Below, piece by piece: positions 53,600-54,358 of a stretch of DNA of 54,358 nt (position 1 is its first letter; the number at the start of each line of letters is the position of its first letter). Under the pieces are notes generated by a model. That model was not told where the DNA came from. It searched no databases and worked only from the letters and a program-made list of their open reading frames with translations. The stretch spans positions 1 to 54,358 of the IMG/VR virus record IMGVR_UViG_3300023174_000214, one strand, 5' to 3'. The DNA is from a virus. Taxonomy: Duplodnaviria; Caudoviricetes. The position numbers and the translations under genes are program-made.

Positions 53600-53769
53600 T
53601 TTTCCAAGCTGGCATTGCATTTCGCAACGCTAGCGCCCTACTAGCACCCCGCCAAAGTCGTAATATTCGGAGCTAGCGCTTTGGTTAGGGGGGCCTGGTG
53701 GTTGATCCATCACCAACACCAAGGAATTTTCAACAAATCTTAAAGTATATTTACATAAATACATTACAT

Positions 53770-53973
53770 ATGACATCAATAGAATGGTTTGCAGAAATGG
53801 TATCAAAAATGGGTTATGTTTCAGCAGATATTGTTGAACAAGCAAAAGAAATGCACAAGCAAGAAACTATTGACTTTGCAAGACATTGTTTAAATAAAGC
53901 AAAAGATTTAGATGTACTTACTGCATTTATTAATACTCAACAATACTATCAAGAAACATTTAAAAACAAATAA
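53770..53973 (+). CDS. small phage protein (TSIEW..EQAKEM..QQYYQETF family)
   Basis: ATG53770 after TATATTTA at 53746, preferred over GTG53698. Confidence 0.6.
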   Translation: MTSIEWFAEMVSKMGYVSADIVEQAKEMHKQETIDFARHCLNKAKDLDVLTAFINTQQYYQETFKNK

Positions 53974-53976
53974 GTT

Positions 53977-54358
53977 ATGACACAACAAGAAAAAGCCTAT
54001 TCAGCAACACTTGCAAGAGTGATAGAACACAACGCCATCAACGATCATATCAAGTTGGTACAAGATTGTCAAGACAGACTGCCAGCATTGGCCGCAGAAT
54101 TAGGCGCAGACAGTTACAAAGTAGATTGGTCGATAGAGAATGATGGCCATGGCACAGAGTACAACTGTTCGGTTGGTATTCAGATGCCACATCATTGGAT
54201 GGGTAGCTATGTCAGCACATCGCATCCATTCGACAAAGCAGAAAAAAGCATCAGAGAAATGCACGCCAAGTATGCAGAAGAAGCCGCAATCAAAAAGCGC
54301 AGAGCAGAAGAAGAGCTCATCAAGCAGGCTCTATACGAAGACTACAAAAAAATGTACC
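53977..54358 (+). CDS. hypothetical protein (3' partial)
   Basis: AAGTTATG leader, MTQQEKAYS..., frame open to window end. Confidence 0.55.
   Translation, partial: MTQQEKAYSATLARVIEHNAINDHIKLVQDCQDRLPALAAELGADSYKVDWSIENDGHGTEYNCSVGIQMPHHWMGSYVSTSHPFDKAEKSIREMHAKYAEEAAIKKRRAEEELIKQALYEDYKKMY

Noticed and set aside
6251-53845. Minus-strand ORFs in the track (e.g. 6670, 19641, 22592, 24676, 37514, 39357, 50026, 50758, 53630)
   Set aside because: Almost all are antisense shadows of well-supported + strand genes or overlap regulatory islands. They have no leaders or recognisable motifs.
1-54358. Genome-wide TAG reassignment (code 15), suggested by the HNH amber and the in-frame TAG before 47022
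   Set aside because: All long genes are intact under code 11 with high coding density. Only one gene is clearly interrupted, and the 47013 TAG lies within a recurrent leader motif.

Overview
AT-rich, densely coded window in which essentially all real genes lie on the + strand. It is best read as part of a large lytic tailed-phage genome. The host is probably Bacteroidota (inference): leaders are A-rich without Shine-Dalgarno sequences, and promoter boxes are of the TTG-N20/21-TAnnTTT(G/A) type. Layout: (1) 181-1836, Zn-ribbon, PD-(D/E)XK nuclease and RHH genes. (2) 1842-18429, a ~16.5 kb glycan island with about 8 glycosyltransferase genes, methyltransferases, and RfbH/E1 + NDP-glucose 4,6-dehydratase + ThDP enzyme + SDR, which together look like a yersiniose-type branched-sugar pathway. 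(3) 18451-20214, conserved hypotheticals and an HTH plus degenerate HNH protein. (4) 20215-35528, arrays of small ORFs joined by a stereotyped TAATTAATCA..AAAGTTATG junction and headed by a repeated ~90-nt promoter cassette with IHF-consensus sites. (5) 36414-41165, a fibre/adhesin module: a 13-aa x16 repeat protein, two LamG-like proteins and one Fib_succ_major-like protein. (6) uvsE and further small ORFs, including two thymidylate-synthase-derived mini-ORFs, an amber-interrupted HNH gene and a tRNA-like RNA with a non-canonical anticodon domain. (7) GC-rich structured intergenic islands and a last early-type cluster with a DUF932 gene. No capsid, terminase, polymerase, integrase, reverse transcriptase or CRISPR array is visible. 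Family calls come from motif recognition by eye, not from database searches.
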